Assembly (NCBI GenBank): GCA_016839585.1 | Contig: JAEOTZ010000028.1 | Coordinates: forward strand, 1 to 36,316 | Origin: Promethearchaeota archaeon | Lineage (GTDB): Archaea; Asgardarchaeota; Lokiarchaeia; Sigyniarchaeales; SOKP01 | Direction: 5' to 3' | DNA: 36,316 nt | Notes under the pieces: model-generated | Told to the model about the DNA's origin: nothing | Databases searched by the model: none | What the model saw: only the letters and a program-made list of their open reading frames with translations | Part shown: positions 27,566 to 36,316 of the stretch, in pieces | Numbering within the stretch: the stretch's first letter is position 1 | Layout of the letters: the number at the start of each line of letters is the position of its first letter | Translations under genes and position numbers: made by a program

Positions 27566-28678
27566 ATGTTAGACCCTTTTTTTTGTGAAAAATTAGCAAA
27601 ATTGGTGATTAATTATTCTATTAAAATAAAAGCAGGAAATAGAATTGTTATAATAGGACCAGCATTAGCAAAAGATCTATTTTTAGCCTTGCAGGTTGAA
27701 ATTTTAAAAGCTGGAGGTCATTCTTTTTCAATTCCTCAATTAGAAGGCGAAGATGAATTATTCTTCAAATATGCTTCTGATAATCAATTAGTTTATTTTG
27801 ATGATATTTACGTCACTATGGCAAAAGAATTCGATGGTTTAGTTCAAATATTTGGTGATTATAATATCAAAAAATTATCATTAATAGATCCAAAGAAAAT
27901 AGGAAAAACTCAATTAGCAGCAAAAAGAGTAGAAATGCTTAAAATATTTAGTGAAAGGGAAACAAAGGGAGAACTTAAATGGGTGATAATTCCTTATCCT
28001 TGCCAATCTTATGCTCAAGAGGCAAATATGGATTTTTATTCGTATTCAAATTTTGTGGAAAAAGCACTATTCTTAGATAAAGCGGATCCTGTGCATGAGT
28101 GGGAACAGCTTCATAAAAAGCAAGAAAAAGTTATAGACTTACTAAATACTGCAAAAAAAATACATGTATTGGGTGAAGACACTGATTTAACATTGTCAGT
28201 AGAAGGTAGAATTTGGGAGAATTGTAGCGGTCAAAATAACTTACCTGATGGTGAGGTTTTTACTAGTCCAATAGAAGATTCCGTAAATGGTCATATTAGA
28301 TTTACATATCCCGGAATTTATCAAGGAAAGGAAGTTGAAAATATATATTTAGAATTTAAAGATGGAAAGTTAGTTAATGCTACAGCAGATAGAGGAGAGG
28401 ATTTATTACAGGAAATCATAAAGATTAGAAATGCTAATAAATTAGGAGAATTTGCCATTGGAACTAACTATGGAATTACGAAATTCACTAAGAATATTTT
28501 ATTTGATGAAAAACTGGGTGGAACTATACATTGTGCTTTAGGGAGGGGGTTCCCTAAAACAGGATCAAAAAATTTCAGTACTATTCACTGGGATATATTA
28601 AAAGATATGAAATTACCAGGTTCAAAAATTATAGCAGATGAAAAAGTTATTTATGAAGAAGGTAAATGGAAAATCTAA
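27566..28678 (+). CDS. Aminopeptidase, M29 family (AmpS/PepS-like)
   Basis: NLPDGEVFTSP, LGEFAIGTN, LFDEK..GT.H.ALG, S.IHWD. Confidence 0.93.
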   Translation: MLDPFFCEKLAKLVINYSIKIKAGNRIVIIGPALAKDLFLALQVEILKAGGHSFSIPQLEGEDELFFKYASDNQLVYFDDIYVTMAKEFDGLVQIFGDYNIKKLSLIDPKKIGKTQLAAKRVEMLKIFSERETKGELKWVIIPYPCQSYAQEANMDFYSYSNFVEKALFLDKADPVHEWEQLHKKQEKVIDLLNTAKKIHVLGEDTDLTLSVEGRIWENCSGQNNLPDGEVFTSPIEDSVNGHIRFTYPGIYQGKEVENIYLEFKDGKLVNATADRGEDLLQEIIKIRNANKLGEFAIGTNYGITKFTKNILFDEKLGGTIHCALGRGFPKTGSKNFSTIHWDILKDMKLPGSKIIADEKVIYEEGKWKI

Positions 28679-28728
28679 ATTTATTCCTAACTTTTTTTAT
28701 TTATTAAAAACAATAGATCCATAAAAAA

Positions 28729-29490
28729 ATGCTAATTGATATCCATTGTCATGCCAATCTTTACTTAGCTATTGATGAAATAATCAGAGAAGCTAAGAAA
28801 GTAGGTGTTGAAAAAATAATTTCTGTAGGAATGAGTGCTTTAAGCTTAGAAAGAGTCTTAGAAATATCAAATCAATATGAGTCTATATATCCCTCTTTAG
28901 GAATTCACCCAGAAGAAGTTCAAATGAATGAACAAATTGAAAATCAATTGGAGGAGGTTGTAGATCTTATTAAAAAAAATAAGGAAAACATTTGCGCTAT
29001 TGGGGAAATTGGTCTGGATCATCATTTTGTAAAAAACGAGGAATTATATCCTCTTCAAAAAAAAATATTTGAAAAGATGCTTTTACTTGCTCAGGAACTA
29101 GAATTACCTGTCAATTTACATACCAAAGGCGCAGAAAAATTAGTGTTTGATACATTACCCTCTTATAAAATTCCTAATGTTAATATTCATTGGTATTCTG
29201 GTTCTGAAAATTATTTAAAATTAGGGATCGATCGAGGATATTATTTTTCCATTACTCCTGCAATTTCTTATTCTCCGGCAGTGAAAAAAACAGTATTAAT
29301 GGTTGATAAAGAACATTTATTGCTTGAAAGCGATGGACCTGTAAAATATGCTGGAAAAATTGGTACACCAGCAATGATTAGGGAAGTTTTTACTTCAATT
29401 TCTAAATTTAAAGAAATTTCTGCAAATGAATTAGAAGTTCAATTATGTGATAATACCAAAAAAATTTTTCCTAAAATTTTTGAAAAATAA
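28729..29490 (+). CDS. tatD: TatD family hydrolase/nuclease
   Basis: IDIHCH, GIHP, AIGEIGLD, LH, HWYSG, LLESDGP. Confidence 0.92.
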   Translation: MLIDIHCHANLYLAIDEIIREAKKVGVEKIISVGMSALSLERVLEISNQYESIYPSLGIHPEEVQMNEQIENQLEEVVDLIKKNKENICAIGEIGLDHHFVKNEELYPLQKKIFEKMLLLAQELELPVNLHTKGAEKLVFDTLPSYKIPNVNIHWYSGSENYLKLGIDRGYYFSITPAISYSPAVKKTVLMVDKEHLLLESDGPVKYAGKIGTPAMIREVFTSISKFKEISANELEVQLCDNTKKIFPKIFEK

Positions 29491-29503
29491 AGTTAAAATG
29501 ATT

Positions 29504-31342
29504 TTATAAGTTATCTAATCCTAGAGCGTTTAATTTTTCTTCATTGATTTTTCCAGTTTCCAAATCAAACCCTCTATACTCATAATAAAACTTTTTTAAT
29601 TTCTGAAAGTCTGGAGATTTTCCTGCGGCTTCACTTTTTTCTAGAGGTTTAAGAAGGATTTTGGGTAATCGATCATCTGATGGTTTAAGTCCCATTCTTA
29701 AATTAAATAATCGTTTCATCATGTAACTTCTCTCACCTAAAGTCTTTAGTTTTTCTATGTCACAGTCTATACCCATACTTGTATCTATCAGTTCAGCGAT
29801 AGTTGATGGCTTAGGATTGGCAAAAACACACATAGTCAAGGAACTATAGATTGCTCTTAAATCTTGTAATCTAGCACTCATAATAGCCATCTCTTCATCA
29901 TCCTTAAATTTATCTATATATTCAATTCCAAATTCATCAAGGGGAATACCTAATAATATGGTACACATATCACATGAATTATGACAAGGTCCTCTTGGAG
30001 CTCCTAAAGCATAAGCAATAGTCATACCAAAATTACTTCTTAAATCATGATATGGAACTTCCATTCCATAAACAGTTGCGATTTCGTCTTGGTTAATTTT
30101 AAACCGTTTTCCAAATGCATCTGAACCTTCAGCAAGCAAATTCCCAATGCCTTCCCTAAATGATATTTTTCTAATAAACTCAAATACAGGTTTAATATCA
30201 CCCCAATGTAATTTTAAACCATCAATATCCTCGGATTTAATTTTATTATTATTATAAAGATGATATAAGAAAGCAATTGTGCTACTAGTAGTTAATAGAT
30301 CAATTCCATAATCATTACATAAAATATTTGCTTGTACAATGGATTCCAGGTTATCATTTAAAATCATCGAACCAAATCCAGCTAGAGCTTCATATTCCGG
30401 TGATTCTACTTCGCCATTTGTTTTATATTCTCCCTCTTTAATAATAGCTTTTTTAGCACAACCTATTGAGCATGAAAAACAGGGATATTTCTTCACAACT
30501 ATTTTTTCGGCAGCAGTATTACCGGAAATTTTGTATGCTCCCTCCCACTCATCACCCATAGTCCAATATTTCTTAGGTAATTCTCCTGTTATATTCCATA
30601 AATCTACTCCCGCAGTTGTGCCGATATTACCATACATAGTAGTTGTAAAAGCAGAATTAATAGTATTTTGGGCTTTTTTTACAGCTTCCTTAAATCCCTC
30701 TGGATCAGCTGGTTCGTAAATTCTTTTTTTACCTCGAACTGTTATAGCTTTTAATCTTTTTGAACCCATAACTGCTCCCATACCTGTTCTACCTGCTGCT
30801 TTTTCTTCTGAAGCAATTATTGCATATTTTACCAAATTTTCTCCTCCTTGACCGATACATGCCACTCTTGTTAAATTAGATCCTGATTTCTCTTTAAGTA
30901 TTTGGGACGTTTCCTGTATACCTTTTCCCCATAGATCGGTGGCATCTTTAAGTTCAGAGGAATTTTCACTAATTTCAAGATAAACTGGATGATCTGAAGT
31001 GCCTTTTATTATGATCCCATCATAACCAGCTTTTCTTAATTCAGGACCGAAAAAACCACCACAACTACATTCACCCCAAATTTCTGTATATGGAGATTTA
31101 GCACAAACAGCAAATTTAGCGCTAGAAGGAGCATTAGAACCACATAATAATCCTGTCATAAACATTAATATATTATTTGGAGATAAAGGATCTGTATTTT
31201 TATCTAAAAAATCATATAAATATCTACAACTATATCCAGCACCTCCCAAGAATGTCTTAGCAAATTCTTCATTAAGAGGTTCATCATTAATGTTGTTTTT
31301 ACTTAAATCTACTTTTAAAAGTTTTCCTATAAATCCTTTCAA
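29504..31342 (-). CDS. aor: Aldehyde:ferredoxin oxidoreductase family (W/Mo-pterin)
   Basis: KSPYT..WGE, CIGQGGE, AGRTGMGAVMGSK.LKA, CFSCSIGC, PEYE, E.PYHD.R. Confidence 0.93.
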   Translation of the reverse strand: MKGFIGKLLKVDLSKNNINDEPLNEEFAKTFLGGAGYSCRYLYDFLDKNTDPLSPNNILMFMTGLLCGSNAPSSAKFAVCAKSPYTEIWGECSCGGFFGPELRKAGYDGIIIKGTSDHPVYLEISENSSELKDATDLWGKGIQETSQILKEKSGSNLTRVACIGQGGENLVKYAIIASEEKAAGRTGMGAVMGSKRLKAITVRGKKRIYEPADPEGFKEAVKKAQNTINSAFTTTMYGNIGTTAGVDLWNITGELPKKYWTMGDEWEGAYKISGNTAAEKIVVKKYPCFSCSIGCAKKAIIKEGEYKTNGEVESPEYEALAGFGSMILNDNLESIVQANILCNDYGIDLLTTSSTIAFLYHLYNNNKIKSEDIDGLKLHWGDIKPVFEFIRKISFREGIGNLLAEGSDAFGKRFKINQDEIATVYGMEVPYHDLRSNFGMTIAYALGAPRGPCHNSCDMCTILLGIPLDEFGIEYIDKFKDDEEMAIMSARLQDLRAIYSSLTMCVFANPKPSTIAELIDTSMGIDCDIEKLKTLGERSYMMKRLFNLRMGLKPSDDRLPKILLKPLEKSEAAGKSPDFQKLKKFYYEYRGFDLETGKINEEKLNALGLDNL

Positions 31343-31415
31343 ATCTTTAACACCAATTCTTTATTAAACGTTAAATTTTTCATTCTAAATTTAAGAAAAA
31401 AAGTAAATTATTAGA

Positions 31416-32615
31416 TTAAAAATCAACCTCTTTCCCTTCGAAAGCATAATCAAAAAGCTTTCTAAAATATTCATCTGTCATTGATCTAGGAGACATTACA
31501 ACTGTTGCATCTTCAAAACAACACGATATTAATGAGTCTAAATTTTTCTCTAAATCTTCCCTTGAGATTCCTAAATCTTTCAGTTTCGTAGGGAAATCAA
31601 CCTTTTTCTGAAGTTCTTTAATTTTTTCAATAACTAAAAAAGCAGCCTTCTTTTCATCTTCATCCCACTTAGCCCAACCTAACTGTTTTGCCATTTTTGC
31701 ATAAATTTCTACTGTATTATCCCCCTCATCAGGGTTATTTAATAAAAATTGAGTTACATAGGGAAGAACAATACCGACTGCTCTCCCATGAGCAGTATTA
31801 AAAATCGCACCCCAACTATGACCCATCCCATGACCTATATGTAACTGAGAATTACTAAAAGCTAAACCTGCCATGGTTGCAGCTTGATGTAAGAAATCTC
31901 GAGCTTCTTTATTTTCACCATCTTTATAGACAAGTGGTAAATATTTAAATACAAGCTCTATCGATTTTAATCCAATTGCATAAGAAAATTCATTTCTCCA
32001 ATTTGAAACCATTGCTTCAATAGCATGGGAAAGCGCATCAAAACCAGTATCAGCCGTTAATTTCGGAGGCATACCGAGTGGAAATAATGGATCTACAATA
32101 GCATATGTAGGTGTCAACCCCTTATGAGTATAAATAAATTTTTTCCATATATCGTTTTCTAATCTTGAGATAATAGCAGCATTAGTAGTTTCAGAACCTG
32201 TTCCGGAGGTAGTTGGTATAGCTATAAATTTTGATCTTTTACCAATGTCGTATAATTTATTATTAAAGGAGTGAACATCATCTAGCGTTAAATCAGGAAA
32301 TTCATATAATACCCAGACCGTTTTGGCTGTGTCTATAACGGAGCCTCCACCTAAAGCAATGATTAAATCCGGAGCATAAGAGATACATTGCTCCCGTGCT
32401 ATTAACACGCCCTCTTCGCGTGGGTCGGGAATTACTTCCTTAAAAATTTCATAGATCTTTCCAAACTTTTCTAATTTATCTGTTAAAATCTTTAGATAGC
32501 CTAATTTTTCTATAATTTTATCAGTTACTATAAAACATTTTTCTCCAGTAATATTTTCTAAAAAATCTATGCTATCTTCCCCATATATTATACTAGGACT
32601 GTAGAAATACCACAT
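31416..32615 (-). CDS. Iron-containing alcohol dehydrogenase
   Basis: ALGGGSVID.AK, IPTTSGTGSE, DALSHAIE, H...H, HG. Confidence 0.93.
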   Translation of the reverse strand: MWYFYSPSIIYGEDSIDFLENITGEKCFIVTDKIIEKLGYLKILTDKLEKFGKIYEIFKEVIPDPREEGVLIAREQCISYAPDLIIALGGGSVIDTAKTVWVLYEFPDLTLDDVHSFNNKLYDIGKRSKFIAIPTTSGTGSETTNAAIISRLENDIWKKFIYTHKGLTPTYAIVDPLFPLGMPPKLTADTGFDALSHAIEAMVSNWRNEFSYAIGLKSIELVFKYLPLVYKDGENKEARDFLHQAATMAGLAFSNSQLHIGHGMGHSWGAIFNTAHGRAVGIVLPYVTQFLLNNPDEGDNTVEIYAKMAKQLGWAKWDEDEKKAAFLVIEKIKELQKKVDFPTKLKDLGISREDLEKNLDSLISCCFEDATVVMSPRSMTDEYFRKLFDYAFEGKEVDF

Positions 32616-32752
32616 TATTTTTTTATTCCTTCTTATTTTTTATTATTTAAAATTTAATTGATTTTAAATAATAAAAGGCTTAAATCTTTTTTTAAATGGC
32701 TTAAAAGAATTTAAATTTATGAAAATTAAAAAACTTGTTAAACTCACTTTTA

Positions 32753-33157
32753 TTATAAATAATCTGTTTTAAACATCCCAAGACTTTCGATTATTTCCTG
32801 AGCGGCTTTTGTATGGCGCATTAGGTTTGCCATGTTCCCCTCAAGTCTTAGTTGACCAGCCATAATTGCCCTAATTGGGTCGATTTCCTTTTTCATTACT
32901 TTTACAAAGTTAACATAAGGTCCAGCCATTATATATTCTGTTTCTACTTCTTCTCCTTCTTTTACTAATCTTGCCTCTGTACATTCTCCATGGTAAAGTC
33001 CTAGAAAAACTCTTACTTCATGATCCAATTTTCCGCTTGGTTCAATAACGAGAAGCATATCTCCTTCCCAAGTTAAGGCTGATGGCTTATAATTTGGATT
33101 CTTATTAATAGCATCTCCAAACGCTTTAACCCATTCTTCAGTTAACATTTTCACCAT
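32753..33157 (-). CDS. SCP2 sterol/lipid-binding domain protein
   Basis: F.DAIN....Y....WEGD, DPI.A.M.G.L.L.G; ATG at 33157 (ORF track gives TTG 33166). Confidence 0.88.
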   Translation of the reverse strand: MVKMLTEEWVKAFGDAINKNPNYKPSALTWEGDMLLVIEPSGKLDHEVRVFLGLYHGECTEARLVKEGEEVETEYIMAGPYVNFVKVMKKEIDPIRAIMAGQLRLEGNMANLMRHTKAAQEIIESLGMFKTDYL

Positions 33158-33335
33158 TTTTATCAAATTTGAAAATTTTATTTTATTTTTATTTTCTTTA
33201 AATTAAACATTTTAATTAAAGAGTTGTTTATAAATAACTTTCAAAGACGATAAAGAAACTTTTTATAAACTATGAAATCACATTAGGATATAATAGATAT
33301 TAGAATAGTTAATTAAATAATATAAAGATAAAAAA

Positions 33336-34628
33336 ATGGCAAAATTAGCATGGTATGAAACTGAGATCGCAAGGAACATGATGAGCAGGATGGGTGGCAG
33401 AGCTATACGAGGAGTCTTATTAAATTATTTCTCGTCAAAGGGGATATATACGGGTAAACTCGGATTAATTCAAGTAACCAACTTTTTGCAAGCGGCTCTT
33501 AATTCTGAAGAAAGAAGGGCTTTAATAATAGTAGATGATTATACTCAAAGATTTGTTAAAAAAGTAACAGATTATTTAGAATCTATAAATATGGAATATC
33601 ATGTTTGGTCAGGAGTTTTACCGGAAGTACCTATGAATACAATTGAAGAGGGAGCGAAAATTTGTGAAGAATTTAAGCCCAAAGTTATATTTGGGATTGG
33701 TGGTGGTAGTGTAATGGACACTGTTAAAACAGTATTAATAAAATATGAAAAACCTGAACAAGATCTTCTAACAATCTTACCCTACTTTAGTTCCTTAGGA
33801 TTGCGGAATAAAGTTAAATATTGGATAGCTATACCTACAACATCGGGGACTGGTTCTGAAGTTGCTCAAGCAGCAGTAATTACTGATACCAGAAGGGATC
33901 CCCCTAAAAAAATAATTGTTGTTAATGATGAATTACTTGCGGATATCGTGATACTAGATACCGACTTTGTAAAAGATATGCCACCTTTTTTAACTATGGC
34001 AACAGGTTTAGATGCACTTGCACACGCAATCGGTGCTTTTGTATCAAATTGGAGTAGTCCCTATGTAGACGCTTTAAATAAAATGGCTATAAAAGAGATT
34101 GTAAAATTCCTTCCCCGAACATATAAGTATGGAGCAAATGACCTGGAAGCTCATAATCATATGCAAATGGCAGCATTGATGGCAGCTTTGGGAGCGCAGG
34201 GAAATATAACTTCTGGGATAGATCATGCTTTAGGACATAGCTTTGGAAAAATATTTGATGTACATCACGGACTGTCGGTTGGAACATTCCTGCCATATTC
34301 TATTGGATTTCAAAGAAATGTGACAGATAGATGGAAAAAACTATGTCCCATATTTGGAATAGAAAAGGAAAATAAAAATAGAGATGAATTATTTAAAGAA
34401 TTTATCCTAGCACTAAAGAATTTTATACAATCAATTGATGGACCTACTTGTATAAAGGAAATAAAAAACCCTATAATAAAAAAAGGAGAGTATTTTGAAA
34501 AACTTGACTTACTGGTGGATTATGCTTTTAATGATGCAGTTACTCTCGCATCTACTCGTCAACTTAATATAGATTTGTATAAAAAAATATTTACATATGC
34601 TTGGGATGGTAAAAACATTGATTTTTAA
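33336..34628 (+). CDS. Iron-containing alcohol dehydrogenase
   Basis: GIGGGSVMD..K, IPTTSGTGSE, DALAHA, HALGH, HHG. Confidence 0.93.
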   Translation: MAKLAWYETEIARNMMSRMGGRAIRGVLLNYFSSKGIYTGKLGLIQVTNFLQAALNSEERRALIIVDDYTQRFVKKVTDYLESINMEYHVWSGVLPEVPMNTIEEGAKICEEFKPKVIFGIGGGSVMDTVKTVLIKYEKPEQDLLTILPYFSSLGLRNKVKYWIAIPTTSGTGSEVAQAAVITDTRRDPPKKIIVVNDELLADIVILDTDFVKDMPPFLTMATGLDALAHAIGAFVSNWSSPYVDALNKMAIKEIVKFLPRTYKYGANDLEAHNHMQMAALMAALGAQGNITSGIDHALGHSFGKIFDVHHGLSVGTFLPYSIGFQRNVTDRWKKLCPIFGIEKENKNRDELFKEFILALKNFIQSIDGPTCIKEIKNPIIKKGEYFEKLDLLVDYAFNDAVTLASTRQLNIDLYKKIFTYAWDGKNIDF

Positions 34629-34653
34629 TAATAAATAAAAAGAGGTCAAAAAT

Positions 34654-36316
34654 ATGAGACAAAATTTAATAGGTTATAATGGAAAGATTGCTTTTGTAAA
34701 CTTAAGCGTAGATAATGTTGAAATTAAGGATTTAAATCCTCAAATAGCTAAAGATTTTCTAGGTGGTACAGGGTTGAGCGCTAAATTAACATATGATCTA
34801 TTAACAGACAAAGATTACACAGAATTAAAAATTAATCCTTTTTCAGAAATTAATCCATTAATTTTTGCGACTGGTCCTATTACTGGAACAATTAGGCCTT
34901 CTTCAGGAAGATATTCAGTTACAGGAATATCTCCTCTCACAAGAATTTGGGGAGAAGGTACAGCAGGAGGTACATTTTGCATATCACTACGGAGTAGTGG
35001 TTTTGATGCAATTATAATTACAGGAAAGGCTAAAGAGCCGATGTACTTATATATTCATGACGATATTATTGAATTCAAAGAAGCAAATGATTTATGGGGT
35101 AAAGACACTTATGAAACTCAGGAAAAAATAAAAAAAGAGTTAAATGATAATAGGATTAGAGTGGCATGTATCGGTCAAGCAGGAGAAAATTTGGTAAAAT
35201 ATGCTGGAATAATAAATGATGAAGGAAGGGCTATTGGAAGATGTGGTTTAGGAGCGCTAATGGGGTCAAAAAAATTAAAAGCTTTAGTAATTCTAGGTTC
35301 TAATAAAATTCAAATAGCTAATAGTAAGCTTAGTAAAGAATTATATACCCAAGCAGAACAAGAATTTAAAGGAGATTTTCTAAAAAAAACTATATTTTAT
35401 GTATATAATTTATATGGCACCAACTCGTATTTAGATATTGGAATGGCATTAGGGGATACTCCAGGATATTATTTTACCGAAACGGAGTATCTAGCAGAAA
35501 AATTAACAGGGAAGACTTTAAAAGAACTTTACCCTGTCCTTGATTATGGTTGTGCTGGATGTACATTAAGATGTGGTAAAATAACGATTATTAAAGAAAA
35601 TGGTAATGAAATTAAAGTTGATGGCCCTGAATATGAATCTGTTGCTTCTTTAGGACCTATGATAGGAGTCTTTGATCCTAAAACTGTAATATTAGCATCC
35701 CATAAATGCAATATTTATGGATTTGATACTATTTCTGGGGGCGTATGTATCTCATTTCTCATTTATCTAATTGAAAATAACATAGGAATAGAGAAAATAA
35801 AGCAATTCTTAAAAGATATTAAAATTGAAGACATTAAATGGGGAAATTCAGAATTATTATTAATACTAATTGATAAGATTTCAAAAAGAGATGGAATTGG
35901 AGACATATTAGCTGAAGGAGTTAGAATTATGGCAAATAGGTTTGATGTTGATCCAGAGTTAGCTGCTCATGTTAAGGGTTTGGAAATTCCTATGCATGAA
36001 CCAAGAGCTTTTGCTGGGCAAGCTTTAAGTTATATGACCTGCTGTGTAGGGGCTAATCATGAGAAATGTGATTGGTATGGCACAGAACTTGATTTTTTTA
36101 ACTATCAAAATTTGCGTGTTAAACAAGGTGATAGGTTTAAAATAAAAGGACGGGAAAAAGGAGTTGTTAGTCTTCAAGATCTTAGGGCTATCGATGATTC
36201 TGCTGTTAATTGTAATTTTAGAAATCCTTCATTTGAACATATAATTGGATATATAAATGCTGCTACTGGATTTAACTATAATAATAAATCTCTAATGCGT
36301 GTTGGAGAACGAATTA
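34654..36316 (+). CDS. aor: Aldehyde:ferredoxin oxidoreductase family, 3'-truncated by the window (absent from the ORF track)
   Basis: Manual translation from ATG 34654 after GAGGT: MRQNLIGYNGKIAFVNLS...FLGG...SPLT.IWGE...CIGQAGE...GRCGLGALMGSKKLKA...CAGCTLRC...GPEYE...HVKGLEIPMHEPR; in frame to the window end. Confidence 0.93.
   Translation, partial: MRQNLIGYNGKIAFVNLSVDNVEIKDLNPQIAKDFLGGTGLSAKLTYDLLTDKDYTELKINPFSEINPLIFATGPITGTIRPSSGRYSVTGISPLTRIWGEGTAGGTFCISLRSSGFDAIIITGKAKEPMYLYIHDDIIEFKEANDLWGKDTYETQEKIKKELNDNRIRVACIGQAGENLVKYAGIINDEGRAIGRCGLGALMGSKKLKALVILGSNKIQIANSKLSKELYTQAEQEFKGDFLKKTIFYVYNLYGTNSYLDIGMALGDTPGYYFTETEYLAEKLTGKTLKELYPVLDYGCAGCTLRCGKITIIKENGNEIKVDGPEYESVASLGPMIGVFDPKTVILASHKCNIYGFDTISGGVCISFLIYLIENNIGIEKIKQFLKDIKIEDIKWGNSELLLILIDKISKRDGIGDILAEGVRIMANRFDVDPELAAHVKGLEIPMHEPRAFAGQALSYMTCCVGANHEKCDWYGTELDFFNYQNLRVKQGDRFKIKGREKGVVSLQDLRAIDDSAVNCNFRNPSFEHIIGYINAATGFNYNNKSLMRVGERI

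Overview
AT-rich archaeal chromosomal segment, most likely from a Lokiarchaeia/Promethearchaeota (Asgard) genome. This is inferred from roadblock and longin genes, a Loki-CTERM-like sorting tail, expanded SCP2/Fe-ADH/AOR paralogues, BRE-TATA promoters and BHB-type tRNA introns. It holds about 32 CDS and 2 tRNAs; I see no mobile element or CRISPR array. Main contents: (1) 3' part of a large repeat-built surface protein; (2) a Thermotoga-type inositol catabolism set (iolM, iolO, iolN) with a Zn-dehydrogenase and an FLVCR/SLC49-like MFS transporter, plus a split UxaA-family dehydratase about 16 kb away; (3) adjacent roadblock and longin genes; (4) tRNA-Arg(TCG) and tRNA-Asp(GTC), both with introns at non-canonical positions, among three SCP2 genes; (5) a SAM methyltransferase plus an HgcAB-like corrinoid/membrane/ferredoxin fusion with an unusual NVWCGACG cap helix; (6) two genes (htpX-like, mutY-like) whose N-termini appear to need ATC/ATT start codons placed identically behind a GGTGAT ribosome-binding site; (7) a mirror-image AOR-ADH-SCP2 / ADH-AOR cluster. 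All family calls come from motif recognition by eye, not database searches.
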